Assembly: GCF_006345805.1 (NCBI RefSeq)
Contig: NC_043002.1
Span: 51,398,001 to 51,462,000, forward strand
DNA: 64,000 nucleotides
Source: Octopus sinensis
Lineage: Eukaryota
Direction: 5' to 3'
Shown piece after piece: positions 1-13,310 of this stretch (its first letter is position 1; each line of letters opens with the position of its first letter). A program made the position numbers and the translations under genes. The notes under the pieces are model-generated. The model made no database searches, was not told the origin of the DNA, and saw only the letters and a program-made list of their open reading frames with translations.

Positions 1-105
1 TATTGTCTCTTATATGCTCAAATGCAAGATTATTCCCAATTATAATTCTAGTGAATATAAACTCTATGTCATGTGTTGAGGGCTAATTCTTAGCGCTTAG
101 CAATG

Positions 106-121
106 ACACACACACACACAC

Positions 122-162
<41 letters not shown>

Positions 163-301
163 ACACACTCGCACATATGCACATACGCATATACACGCAC
201 ATACAAACACATATACATACACACACATGAGCAAAATAAGATATATCAGCATCATCAAAATCATCATCATCGTCATCGTCATCATCATCATCATCATCAT
301 C

Positions 302-357
<56 letters not shown>

Positions 358-481
358 CATTATTTATTATTATTATTATATTATTATTATTTATTATATT
401 ATTATTATTATCATTAATCATTATTATTATGATTTTATTATTATTATTATTATTAATTATTATATTATATCATCATCATCA

Positions 482-519
<38 letters not shown>
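106..519. repeat. Compound microsatellite (CA)n / (CAT)n / (ATT)n
   Basis: Directly visible simple repeats; these explain ORFs 83..421, 103..417, 157..360 and 227..607. Confidence 0.95.
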
Positions 520-1307
520 TCTTGTGTCCCCGATTTTGAAAACCTTGTCGATCTCTGATATATTTGACCGAAATTTTCACATTTCCTTTCTCTTCATAAA
601 CTATTGACGCAGAAAACTGGTCGCCAATAGTGGACAACAGCTTTTTCTCAAACCGCTACTTCAGCCACAGATAGACTGCCCTGCAACTCTTGCAGCCCAG
701 CTGGGTTACAAACAATAAGGTAATATTCTTGAAGTGCAGTATAGCCCCGGGGTAAGGCCAAAGTTAAGAGGCTTGAGGAGAAAGTATGTTAAGTTTCGTT
801 TCGTTTTGTTTCCTGTGTGTGTTTTTTATTTACTTTTTTTTAATGTAAAGTGAGAATTTTTTTTATTTATTTATTCATTTATTTATTTTCTTCTATTGAC
901 CGATTCTTAGACGGGTCAATTGCTGAATTATTTCGTTTTGTCCACTGCTTTTATGAGACAATTGTCTCTCTCTCTCTCTCTCTGTAGAATGACACAGAAC
1001 ACTTGCAAACCGTATTAACGCGCACGACCTTTCAGTTCGTAGCCGTCTCCAGCGACAAGCCAAGCCACATGACCACCATCACCAGCTGCACCACCACCAC
1101 TACCAAAACTAACACCACCGACACAACATCCACAACCAACATCCCTACTATCGACCCCATTAACTTTATCTTTCTATATAATTCTCTCTCTGTCTTATCC
1201 GTCCAACCATTGGTATGTGTATGTGTATTTATCTCTCCCTCTCTCACTTTCTCTAACTAATTTGCCTTTCCCCCTCTTAACACACATTCTCTCACACTCC
1301 CTCAGCT

Positions 1308-1340
<33 letters not shown>

Positions 1341-1587
1341 CCCCTCTCTCTCTCTCTCTCTCTTGATCATTCAGTATACCACTCTCTTCGCGCGCATTTT
1401 TTGTGTGCATCTATGTCTCCAGCAAGCGTATATGATTGCACTAACACGATTTCTTGTGTGTCAGCTTATATGGGTTTGTGTGTTTGTGTCTGTCTGTCTG
1501 CATGCATTTATGAATGTATGTACGTACGTATGTATGTATGTATGTATGTATGTATGTATGTATGTATGTATGTGTATAATATATATA

Positions 1588-1622
<35 letters not shown>

Positions 1623-1894
1623 GTGTGTGTGTGTGTGTGGTGTGTGTGTGTGTGTGTGTGTGTGTTGTGTGTTTGTGTGTGTGTAAATACACGCATACAC
1701 GCATATACACATATATACATACATATATATATATAGTTGGAAAGGGTTTAAGAAACCATATAAAACAGAGATTATAGGTAAAGAGTAAAAATGGAAACAG
1801 CACAGGCATATGTTTAATTTTTTTTTTTTTACTTTTTTCCTTTAATTGGACAAGACAAGTATTTCATATTTGATATATTAAGTGGCTTTTATAC

Positions 1895-1935
1895 AATATA
1901 CCGGTTTCGATGTGTATATCCATATTATCAAATAT
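1895..1935 (-). ncRNA. Degenerate hammerhead-like motif in a probable Penelope-type terminal repeat
   Basis: Minus strand aatat-TTGATAA-tatggatatacacatc-GAAA-ccgg-TA-tattg; palindromic stem III ACCGGT; core mutated and register imperfect. Confidence 0.3.
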
Positions 1936-2678
1936 TCAAAATTCTATACTCAAATTCAAGGATTGGGACAAGTAAAAAAAAATAGAGAAAATATTGGAAA
2001 TTAAAACTGCGTGTTCACATATTTTGTGCGTAGTTAAGAACATATAGAGGCGACAATTTCATACGAACAAGATTAAGTCACTTAGAATAATTAGAATGAA
2101 GAATTCAAATAAAGAAGCTTGAGAGGCAAACACACTCAAACCATAACTTAGTCCCATAAAATATTTATTTTGTTTTAACCGTGAGCTCTTCAGGAATACT
2201 TGCAGTCTGTAATTGTACTTCTTGTATAGATAACCTAGATAGAATAAGAGATATACATATAGTAGAAATGATACTGCTTTGGTGAGTGTGGGCAACAGAC
2301 GTTGTGATTGAGACAGATGTTAAAAGGTCGATTATGTCCCTCCAAGGAAGCTGCGACTCTAGCTTTTTAATGCTACCCTACCACCGTACAAACACACAAT
2401 TTTATATTCCCATCTTCATTATCACCAATCCTTTTTCCTCTTGGGTCGCTATCATCTGATCGAACAGCGCTTCCTCCGCCACCAACAACTTACATAACTA
2501 TACCTTAAGCACACTTTTATGACAATTACATATATCGCAATCGTCGCCATCATCAATCATCATAATCCGCATTTTCCCCATCCTCGACACCTCATTCATT
2601 ATCATCATCATCATTGTCATCGTGATAGCCATGGATATCACCGTCATCATCATCAGAACTAATCTCATCCTCATCATT

Positions 2679-2741
<63 letters not shown>

Positions 2742-3085
2742 AGCAGAGCGGCAGCATCACTAGCCTTGTGGGGTGCCCATCATCAGCCATTAGACGTTCA
2801 TCCACATTAAACTGTATACCCAACTCCTCTACCTTAATCACAGCCCATAGTGGCATCACCCACAGGTATACCAACTTTTTCCACCCTGTGTATATCTACA
2901 AATCACATGTCTCTTTCTACCAAGGGTCTCTATATGACTAGAAAAATCATAAACAGCAAGTAGTTTCTGAAGAACCCCTAGCAAAATGGAATATATACAT
3001 ACATATACAGATATAGTGTTAGATTCAAGGTTATGGATTACGCGTTCGCATGTATATATGTATTAATATATATATATACATAAAC

Positions 3086-3210
<125 letters not shown>

Positions 3211-3260
3211 GAACAGACAGACAGACAGGCAGACAGACAGACAGATAGATATATAGTTAT

Positions 3261-3330
<70 letters not shown>

Positions 3331-3446
3331 TGTGGGAACGTTTTTATAAACAAACATAGAAGCGTCGAGTGAACGAAACATACCACACGCATTCTCAAAC
3401 GCACACATATCTAACCACGCACACACGCTCGCATATAACAGCATAT

Positions 3447-3480
<34 letters not shown>

Positions 3481-4032
3481 CAGTAACATGTTTTTAATGT
3501 ATATTTTGAGTTGTCATCATTTAGTCATTCTCTCTTATATACTTTGTATGTAGGTGTGTGTAAAGGTTTATGTGTACGTGCGTGTGTGTGTGTGCCTACT
3601 CTTTTTATTTATTTATTTAATTATTTATTTATTTATCTATTTATTTATCATAAAGCTAATCCCTTTCTATGTCTCCACTGAATATTGTTACAACGATAAA
3701 CAGCTTCACAGATGGAATTAGTGACAAAGTTTGTCTGAAAGATGCTAGAATATAACACTGTCCTTTGATGGCTCACATTTCTGCTGTCGTTTTTTCTGCA
3801 ATTGGCTTCAGGCCAACTGTCATCTCTGGAACTTCCTCGTCGCTTTTTTTGCATTTTTTATGCTGTTTCTTTCTTTCTTTCTGTTTTGTTTCTTTTATTT
3901 ACTTTTTGTTCTCATTGTTTCATTTTGATTTCTTTCATTATTACCTTTATTTCTGTGTTGTTAGCAATACGTGTCCACCTGCACAAACACACACACACAC
4001 ATATGTATAAATATATACATATATATATAATA

Positions 4033-4076
<44 letters not shown>

Positions 4077-4092
4077 ATATTATATATAATAT

Positions 4093-4128
<36 letters not shown>

Positions 4129-4171
4129 TAATATATATATATATGTGTGTATATATATGTGTATATATATA

Positions 4172-4232
<61 letters not shown>

Positions 4233-4235
4233 GTA

Positions 4236-4276
<41 letters not shown>

Positions 4277-4311
4277 TATATAATAATATATATATATATA
4301 TATATATATTA

Positions 4312-4621
4312 TAGGAGCACTCCGTCGATTACGACGACGTGGGTTCCAGCTGATACGATCAACGCAACAGCTTGTTCGTGAAATTAACGTGCAAGTGGCT
4401 GAGCAATCCACAGATACGTGCGTGTACCTTTAACGTAGTTCTCAGGGAGATTCAGCGTGACACAGAATGTTGCAAGGCCGGCCCTTTGAAATACAGATAC
4501 TACTCATTTTTCGCCAGCTGAATAGACTGGAGTAACGTGAAATAAAGTGTCTTACTCAGGACACAACACGTCGCCGGGAATTGAACTCACAACCCTACGA
4601 TCGTAAGTCGAATACCCTAAC

Positions 4622-4625
<4 letters not shown>
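4312..4625 (-). mobile_element. tRNA-derived SINE (second copy at 35320-35645)
   Basis: Minus-strand tRNA-like head (agtggttagggtattcgacttacgatc...gagttcaattcccgg) and a body shared with the copy at ~35320. Confidence 0.8.
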
Positions 4626-4654
<29 letters not shown>

Positions 4655-4658
<4 letters not shown>

Positions 4659-4960
4659 CAATTGAGGATAAAATCTTTAAAAGAAATTATCAGTAGTCAG
4701 CGTGAAAAACCTCGTAAGTGAAAAAATCCGTAAATTCTTCCTCTTTGAAAATATTCATTTATATTATAATGAGAGTACTACTATTCGTAGATACCAACAC
4801 GCTAAGAGGGACCAATGCGGTCAAAATACAAAAATAAACAAAATTTTACCGAATTTTGCATTCGGTAAAATTTTTTTTATTTTGTAGTTTTGACCGCATT
4901 GGTCCCTTTAGCGTCTTGTATCTACGAATAGTAGTACCCTCATTATAATATAAATAATAT
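4655..4960. repeat. Fold-back element: ~104-bp inverted arms (4751-4854 / 4860-4960) with a 5-nt loop and an unpaired left tail, between (TA)n tracts
   Basis: ...gagggaccaatgcggtcaaaa...aaaattttaccgaat-tttgc-attcggtaaaatttt...ttttgaccgcattggtccc... is a near-perfect reverse complement. Confidence 0.9.
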
Positions 4961-4961
4961 A

Positions 4962-5001
<40 letters not shown>

Positions 5002-5478
5002 TATAATATATATATTATATACATATATATATATATATGTTCACCTGCACACGCGGGCACACACACACACACATGCACACGCACACACACACACACACAC
5101 ATATACATATATATATATATCCTTTCCTATATTCTCATACTTTTCCGTTTTTTATACTTCTACGTTTTTCCTCTTTGTTTCCTACATTTCATCTTTTTGA
5201 TCATTCGTCTTATTATTATTATTATTCTTATTCTTATTCTTCTTCTTCTTATTATTATTATTATTATTATTATTTTTTGTCTCTTTTTTTGTTTTGTTTT
5301 TTATTTTCCCGGCCTTTTCTTTTTCTCCTTCCTCTCATTTAATTTTACATTTTCATTTTTTACTTTTCATCATTCATTTTACCTTTTCTACGTTAATTTT
5401 TCATCCATTTGTCTTTCGTCAACATCATCTCTCGTGTATATCAAAATTTATCTTATTTATGTGAGTGCATGCATATAT

Positions 5479-5803
5479 GGGAGACCCCCTTCGGTCATAA
5501 ATGACCTAGAAAGTTACCCTCCGCGGCACAAGTCCGGGCAAGGTTGTTTGTGGAAGGCCAGCAGTCGCCCATGCATAGCAGCCTCCCCTCTCCACACCAC
5601 TGATGTTATCCAAGGGAAAAGAAAAAGCCGATACAGCTTGGCACCAGTGATGTCGCAACTCATTTCTACAGCTGAATTAACTGGAGCAACGTGAAATAAA
5701 GTGTCCTGCTTAAGAACACAATACGCAGCCCGGTCCGGGAATCGAACTCATAACCTCACAATCGTAAGCTCGACGCTCTAACCGCTAAGCTATGCGCCTT
5801 CAC
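5479..5803 (-). mobile_element. tRNA-Arg(ACG)-headed SINE, family A
   Basis: Reverse complement of the 6508-6847 copy. Confidence 0.9.
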
Positions 5804-6054
5804 GCATGAATATATATATGTATATAAATATGTATGAATTTATACGTGTGTGTATGCGTGCGTGTGTGTGTGTGTGTGTGTGTGTAAATATGTAAATACA
5901 CACACGCATACACACTCACACACGATGGGTTTCTTTAAGTTTCCACCTACCAAATCCTCTCACAACGCTTTCGTCGGACAAGGGATATAGTAGGAAACAC
6001 TTGCCGAAGATGCCACACAATGAGACTGAACCCAGAACCATGTGGCTGAGAAAC

Positions 6055-6435
6055 AGTGAACTGGAGCAACGTGAAATAAAGTGTCTTGTTCAAGACCACA
6101 ATACGCAACCCGGTCCGGGAATCGAAATCCTTACCTCAGGATTATAAGCCTAGAATGTTATACTCCGAAGCACAAATCCGGGCAACGTTGTTCATAGAAA
6201 ACCAGCAGTCACCCATGCATAGCAGCGTCCCCTCTCCATACCACCGATGTTATCGAAGGAAAAGCAAAGGCTGATACAGCTTGGTACCAGTGACGTCGCA
6301 ACTCATTTGTACATCTGAGTGAACGGGAGCAACGTGAAATAAAGTGTCTTGCTCAAGAACACAACACACAGCCCGGTCCGGGAATCAAACTCATTACCTC
6401 ATAATTATAAGCCCGATCACTGAGCCATGCGCCTT
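6055..6435 (-). mobile_element. SINE family A, rearranged copy with a duplicated head-proximal segment
   Basis: ggagcaacgtgaaataaagtgtcttg...cccggtccgggaatc occurs twice (~6060 and ~6325). Confidence 0.85.
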
Positions 6436-6507
6436 TTCATGTATGCATGCATGCATGTATGTATGTATTATGTATGTATGTATGTATGTATGTATGTATG
6501 TATGTAT

Positions 6508-6847
6508 GTGAAGGCGCGTGGCTCAGTGGTTAGAGCATCGAGCTTACGATCGTGAGGTTGTGAGCTCGAATCCCGGACCGGGCTGCGTGTTGTGTTCTTG
6601 AGCAAGACACTTTATTTCACGTTGCTCCAGTTCACTCAGCTGTAGAAATGAGTTGCGACGTCACAGGTGCCAAGCTATATCGGCCCTTGCCTTTCCCTTG
6701 GACAACATCGGTGACGTGGAGAGGGGAGGCCGGTATGCATGGGCGACTGCTGGTCTTCCATAAAACAACCTTGCCCAGACTTGTGCCTCAGAGGGTAACT
6801 CTCTAGGTGCAAACCCATGGTCAGTGTCTGACCGAAGGGGGTCACCA
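6508..6847 (+). mobile_element. Full-length tRNA-Arg(ACG)-headed SINE, family A, inserted in (TATG)n
   Basis: A box TGGCTCAGTGG, anticodon-like arm gagcttACGatc, B-box-like GAGCTCGAATCCC; flanked by (tatg)n. Confidence 0.9.
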
Positions 6848-7831
6848 TGTATGTATGTATACAAAAAAATATTCTATCCATTGAGACCTAAATATCACTT
6901 TAGTTTCATACCTCTAGCAATACACTAGTTGCACGAGTTTATAGAGAGTGCCGTATATTATCTGACAATAATTCAAGCTCAAATTACTACATGGCTTCTC
7001 GGCGAGAAAAAGTAAGAAAGAGCTTGAGAATAAAAAGAAACGAAAAAGAGAACGAGAAAAAGATAAAAGGCATGGAGTGAAGAGAGATAAGAATTGTGTC
7101 CCCTTAGCCAGTTAAAATGCGAATCAATCGTGGTTGGTGCAGTTAATTCGACGGAGAAAGATTGAAGTTAGTTATACTGTATGAATTCTGGAGTGGGTGA
7201 TGTTTTCCATTTCCATGATAGAGTTCCTTAAAAGAATAATCGAATTTATCCAAATGTTTGCAAAGATTTGGATAAATTATGTTATCAGAGAGATGAAACC
7301 TATAGTAACAGGTATTCAAATTCTTTCAGTATCCCCTTCTAGCAAATCTGCTCAGAAGGCTTTGGTCGTCCCGAGGCTATAGTAGAGACACTTGCCTAAG
7401 GTGCCACGCAATGGGTCTGAACCCGGAACTATATGGATTGGCAGATTCGTTCGAGCATCAGACGATGGAGCCTTGCCGTATTCTGTTCTGGCTCTTGGCA
7501 TTTTAGGTTCTGATTAAGCTTCCATATTCAAATATTTACACGCACAAACAAGCACACACGCTCATACGTACACACAAAACACACGTACAAATAAACATAC
7601 ACACACAACACACACACGCACTAACACGCTTACACATGTACAAACAAACACACACACACACACACAGAAGTTGTACAGATGGATCATAAGTGACCGACAT
7701 GGCAATCTCTCTGCAACCGAATTGACATCCATCTGTTGTCTAGATACGGGGAATGTGAAGACCAAGCACTTTGAGGATCGAACTTGTAGCTCAATGTACA
7801 TATTATCAAAGTCACTAGGATTTCGCTGTTG

Positions 7832-8146
7832 TTGTGACCCACTTCGGTCATGAATGACCATGGGATTGCACCTAGAAAGTTACCCTTCGAGGCACAAGTC
7901 CAGGCAAGGTTGTTTATGGAAGACCTGCAGTCGCCCATGCATATCAGCCTCTCTTCTACACACTACTGATGTTATCCAGTGGAAAAGCAAAGGCCGATAC
8001 AGCTTGATACCAGTGACGTCGCAGCCCATTCCTACAGCTGAGCGAATTGGAGCAACGTGAAATAAAGTGTCTTGTTCAAGAACACAACACGCAGCCCGGT
8101 CCGGGAATCGAACTCGACATTCTAATCACAGAGCCATGCCCCTTCA
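7832..8146 (-). mobile_element. SINE family A
   Basis: Reverse complement of the 6508-6847 body. Confidence 0.88.
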
Positions 8147-8565
8147 CGATTTCGCTGTAATCAGTCTTAAGTTTATGAAGGCAAAACTTGGAGTTATCTT
8201 TTGCAAGGAATTGTAGTTGAAACTCCCTCAAATCAACTCCTACGCTCTTGAATCTGGAAAGGACGTATATAAAGTAGCCCTTGTAATAACTTCTTGAAAA
8301 TTGTGATAATCGGTTCGATTTAGAATGCCTTTGGTCGTCTGCTCAATTAGAAGTGAATCGTACTTAAACTATAATAGCAAGCATAAGGGATTAGCTGAGT
8401 GTTATTCATGGAAAAGTGTGGTTATACATCGAATTATTGTCTGTTAATCTGGTTGGAATAGAACAGTGTTAGGGGCCTATTGGAGATTTCCAAACTCTTT
8501 CGTTTATTGGTTGGATTAGTAGAGAGGTCTGATATGAAGGATATGGCTGTTACGTCAAATGAATG

Positions 8566-8850
8566 CGTGAGTGAGTGAGTGAGTGAGGGAGTGAGTGAGT
8601 GAGTGAGTGAGTAAGTGAGTGAGCGACTGACTGACTGAGAGATTGGGTGAGTGAGACAGTGAGTGAGTTATACGGTGTGTATGCGGATGTTTACGTTAGT
8701 GAATGGGTAAATGTGAAAATGAGTAAATGAGTGAGAGTGTGTGAGACTGGGTGAGTAAGTGAGTGAGTGAGTGAGTGAGTGAGTGAGTGAGTGAGCGAGT
8801 AAGTGAGCGAGTGAGTGGCTGAGTGATTGAATGAAGGTGCGAGTGATTGA
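8566..8850. repeat. (GAGT)n microsatellite region
   Basis: Direct observation. Confidence 0.9.
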
Positions 8851-9459
8851 TTGCACGCATAGCTATGGTATATTGTTAACTCCAATGCCAACCTTAATTG
8901 ATCAAACATAATCAAAGGCCTCTCCAACCATGACCTTTTGCATTTTTATATCTCATATTACGTTACACAGTATGTCCATCCATTTTTCAAACAGTTGAGT
9001 GTGAGTTTAATTAGATTTAGCTGCTATTTCTAGCAAAATGAGAGGTGAGTGAGTGAGCGAGTGAGTGAGTGAGTGAGTGGATGCGTGAGTGAGCAAAGAG
9101 AGTTCAATGAACTGATTTGTTGGAGAGTGAGAGAGATGGAGATGGGGGGGGGGGGGAAAGAGGGAAGGGATGGAAGGAAGGACGGAATGAGTAAGTGGGA
9201 GATTAGGTAGTGACGGATGTACAGGGCAAAGTTAGAGTGGCTCGAGGGCTGAGCTCGTTGAAATTCTAAGAAATGACACTAACACATGAAGCGAGGATAA
9301 TTACGTGTTCACGGTAGACTGGAAGGTCAGAGTGAGACAAACAGACAAACAGGCAGGCAGGCAGGCAGACTGATTGAGAGATTGACAGACATACCAGCGA
9401 CATATTGATAGCAACTGCACGAAACAACGCTCATTTAATGTCGGTAATGATAATGATAG

Positions 9460-10846
9460 AGTTGTTGTTGTTGTGTTGTTGTTGTTGTTGATCGATTTGG
9501 TTGTATTGTTCGATGTAGTGGTGTCGGCGCTGGAGACCTTTCTGTAGTTGTTTGTTGCTGTTGTTGCTGCTGGCGCTGCTGCTCTTGTTGTTGTTGTTGT
9601 TGTTGCTGCTCTTGTTGTTACTGGTGGTGGTAGTGGTAGTTGTGGTGGTGGTGGTGGTGGTGGTGGTGGTGGTGGTGGTGGTGGTGGTGTTTGTAGTGGT
9701 GATGATGTTGTTCGGTATTGTTAATGATAATGATGGTGGTGGAGGTAGTGATGGCGGTGGTGGTTGTGGTGGTGATGAGGAGTAGGAGGAGGAGGAGACG
9801 GAGAGTGAGAGAAGGAGAAGAAAGAAGTGAAGGCGTGAGGAAAGTTATGATGAAGAAGAGAGGAGAAGGGAAGGAGGTTGTAGTGATGATGGTGATGATG
9901 ATGGTGGTGGTGGTGGTGGTGGTGGTGGTGGTGGTGGTGGTGGTGGAAGTGATAATATTGTAGTGATGATGCTGATGACGACATTAAAAGTGTTAACGAC
10001 AATGACAAGGGAGGAGAACAATGATGATGATGACGGTCCTAGTGAGGGTGAGGGTGTTGATGATGATGATGATGATAAACACCACTGACCACCTCTTCTA
10101 ATACCACTACTACTATGACCATCACTCACAATCACAACTACCACAATCACCACCACCACCGCCCCAGCACCACTTCCACTGTCGTCACTTTTGTCGCGAG
10201 TTCAGTCCTATTGCATGGCACCTTGGGCAAGTGTTTTCTACTATGGCCTCGGGATGACCAAAGCCTTTGTGAGTGGATTTTGTAGACGGAAACTGAAAGA
10301 ATCCCGTCGTATATATGTATGTATATGTATATGTGTCTGTATATTTGTGTCTGTGTTTGTACCCCCACACACGATCGCTTGACAACCTGTGTTGATGTGT
10401 TTATGTCCCCGTAACTGAGCAGTTCGGCAAAACAGACCGATAGAAAAAGTACTACGCTTTAAAAAAAAATATATATATATATATGTATAAGCTTTGGGGT
10501 CGATTTATTCGGCTAAAACCATTCAAGGCGATGCTCAAGCATGGCCGTTGTCAAATGACCGAGACAAGTAAAGAATAAAAACGTAAAAGACACTAACATC
10601 AATTACACCACCACCACCATCACCACCACTACCACAATCACCATCACCACTACCATCACTAGCAGCATTAATAACCCTATCACCATCCTCACAGTCAGCA
10701 CCACCACCACTACCACCAACAAAATCACCAACACCAGAACTACCGTTACCACTAATACCACTACCATCATCACCATCACAAAGATCATCTGCATCATCAT
10801 CATCATCACCAGTGTCATCGCTAACACCAAAACCGTCTTCATCGTC

Positions 10847-10918
<72 letters not shown>

Positions 10919-11104
10919 GTCGTCGTCGCCGACTTTATCATCATCTTCATCATCAGTGTCATCGCTAACACCAAGACCGTCTTCATCATCATCATCGTCA
11001 TCATCATCATCAGTGTCATCCCTAACACCAAGACCGTCTTCATCGTCATCATCGCCATCATCATCATCGTCGTCATTATCATCATCATTATCATCATCAT
11101 CATC

Positions 11105-11163
<59 letters not shown>

Positions 11164-11336
11164 AATCATCATCATATCATCATCATCATCATCACATCAT
11201 CATCATCATCATCAGTGTCATCGCTAACACCAAGACCGTCTTCATCATCATCATCGTCATCATCATCATCAGTGTCGTCCCTAACACCAAGACCGTCTTC
11301 ATCGTCATCATCGCCATCATCATCATCGTCGTCATT

Positions 11337-11372
<36 letters not shown>

Positions 11373-13056
11373 TGCATCAATAACAATAACAACATCCTCA
11401 TTATCACAGTCGATATAATGGTCGTCGTCGTCGTCGTCGTCTTTGTCGTCGCTTTCAAGACCGTCGTTCATGTTATTGATGCCCAGCATTAGACATTATA
11501 TTGATGACCACCATTACCATCACCAACACCTCTAACAATGCCATCAGTACCACCAGCACCGCCACGACCTCCACCACAACAAGAACCAACTCTGCCACCA
11601 CCAACATCACAACCACTGCCAACAACAACAACAACAACAATAGCAACGAAACCAGCAAAAGCAACTCCAACTCTAATACCTCCACCCACACCTCAACAAC
11701 ACCGGCACAAACATCGTTGCCGCGACTACCACCGCCACCACCACCACCACCACCACCACCACCAGAACCACCACCACAACCACAAACAACAGCGACAACA
11801 ACAACAACAACAACCATTTCTGTCTCTGAATCTGACACAGAAACATGCAAGTCAGATCCGAAATCAGTCATTCGTGTAACAACATAACAAAAGGTTTGGT
11901 CAGGTGCTGGAGGTGGTGGTGGTGGTAGTGGTGGTGGTGGTGGTGGTGGTGGTGGTGGTGGTTGGTTGTGGCGGCGGCGGCGGTGGTGGTGTGGATTGAA
12001 GTGGTGCGAGTGGTGGTGAAGGGGAGGCTGAGGAGGAGGCTGACAGGGGTTGACAAGGTGGACATCATTGACATGTCATTGGATTTTGCCAGGGGGTATA
12101 AATACACTTTAAGGGTCCCACGATTTGAAGGGACAGTCGAATGACGTCAGCTGCTCGTGACGTTATTTGTTAGTGCTCTTGTTGCTGCCATTGGTTGTTG
12201 TTGTTGTTGCTGGTGGTGGTGGTGGTGGTGGTGGTGGTGGTGGTGGTGGTGGTGTTTGTGATGGAGATGGTGATGGTGGCGGCGGTGTTTGTGATGGTGA
12301 TGACGGTGACGTTAGCGGTGGCGGTGGTGATGATGATGGCGGAGACGACGGTGGTGGAGGCCGTAGTGGTGGTGGTGCTGGTGGTAGTGGCAGCGGCGGA
12401 GGCGGTACCAGCAGTGGTGGTGGTGGTGGTGGTGGTGGTGGTGGAGGTTGTGGTGGTAGTGTGGTGGCGGTGGTGATGATGGTTAGCAGTGGTGATATTG
12501 CTATTGTCGGCGTTGTCCTTTCTATTTCTTTTGTGGCTGGTGTTGCCGTTTTCAATGTCGTTGTTGTTGTTTGTTGTTGTTGTTGTTGTTGTTGTTGAGG
12601 TAGTGGTGTGGTGGTGGTGGTTGTCATCATCGTCGTCATCGTGTGTATCAATATAATAATGACTATCAGTAACATGATAGAGAGTGTTGCTAACAACGAC
12701 GACGAAGATGATGATGGCAATGACGATAAAGTTGATGATAATGATGATGACGATGGTGATGATGCTGATGATGAGAAAGAGCAGAGCAAGGACGAAGAGC
12801 GTGATGACAACGATAATGAAGATCACATTGATATGTATAGTAATGATTCTATGTATATGATGACGACGATCGTGGAATTAATGATATGAAGTTGAGCGAG
12901 AAAGAGGGCGACGCAATAAGAACGACGACAGCGACGGCAGCAGCGGTGGCGGCGGCGGTGGCGGCGGCGGTGGCGGCGGCGGTGTGCGGCGGCGGTGCGG
13001 CGGGCGGCGGCGGCGGCGGCGGCCGGCGGCGGCCGGCGGCGGCGGCGGCGGCGGCT

Positions 13057-13152
<96 letters not shown>

Positions 13153-13310
13153 GAAACGGTGGTGACGGCGGCAGTTACAGCTGTGACGGTGACGGAGAAA
13201 CTATTACTTTGTTACCACAAGAACGGGAACAACAGCAACAACAACAACAATACTAACAGCAACAAAAACAATCGTGATTTTGCCATCAACACATCAATTT
13301 CAACAACATC
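9460..13310. repeat. ~3.8-kb trinucleotide-repeat domain (GTT, GGT, CAC, CAT, GAT, GGC), interrupted by one SINE
   Basis: Direct observation; produces homopolymeric ORFs in all frames. Confidence 0.9.
10195..10590 (+). mobile_element. CORE-like SINE family B (5' truncated)
   Basis: gcatggcaccttgggcaagtgt core, internal microsatellite and 3' gcatggccg..caaatgac..gacaagtaaaga tail shared with other copies. Confidence 0.85.

Noticed and set aside
988-1165. Possible exon after a (CT)n-ag acceptor
   Set aside because: No recognisable protein; it runs into low-complexity CAC repeats
6510-6582. tRNA-Arg gene
   Set aside because: It continues directly into a SINE body shared by several copies, with no proper acceptor stem or terminator
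10810-11330. CRISPR-like appearance of spaced repeats
   Set aside because: Spacers are (CAT)n, spacing is irregular, the context is eukaryotic and there are no cas genes; the same applies to 16901-17060
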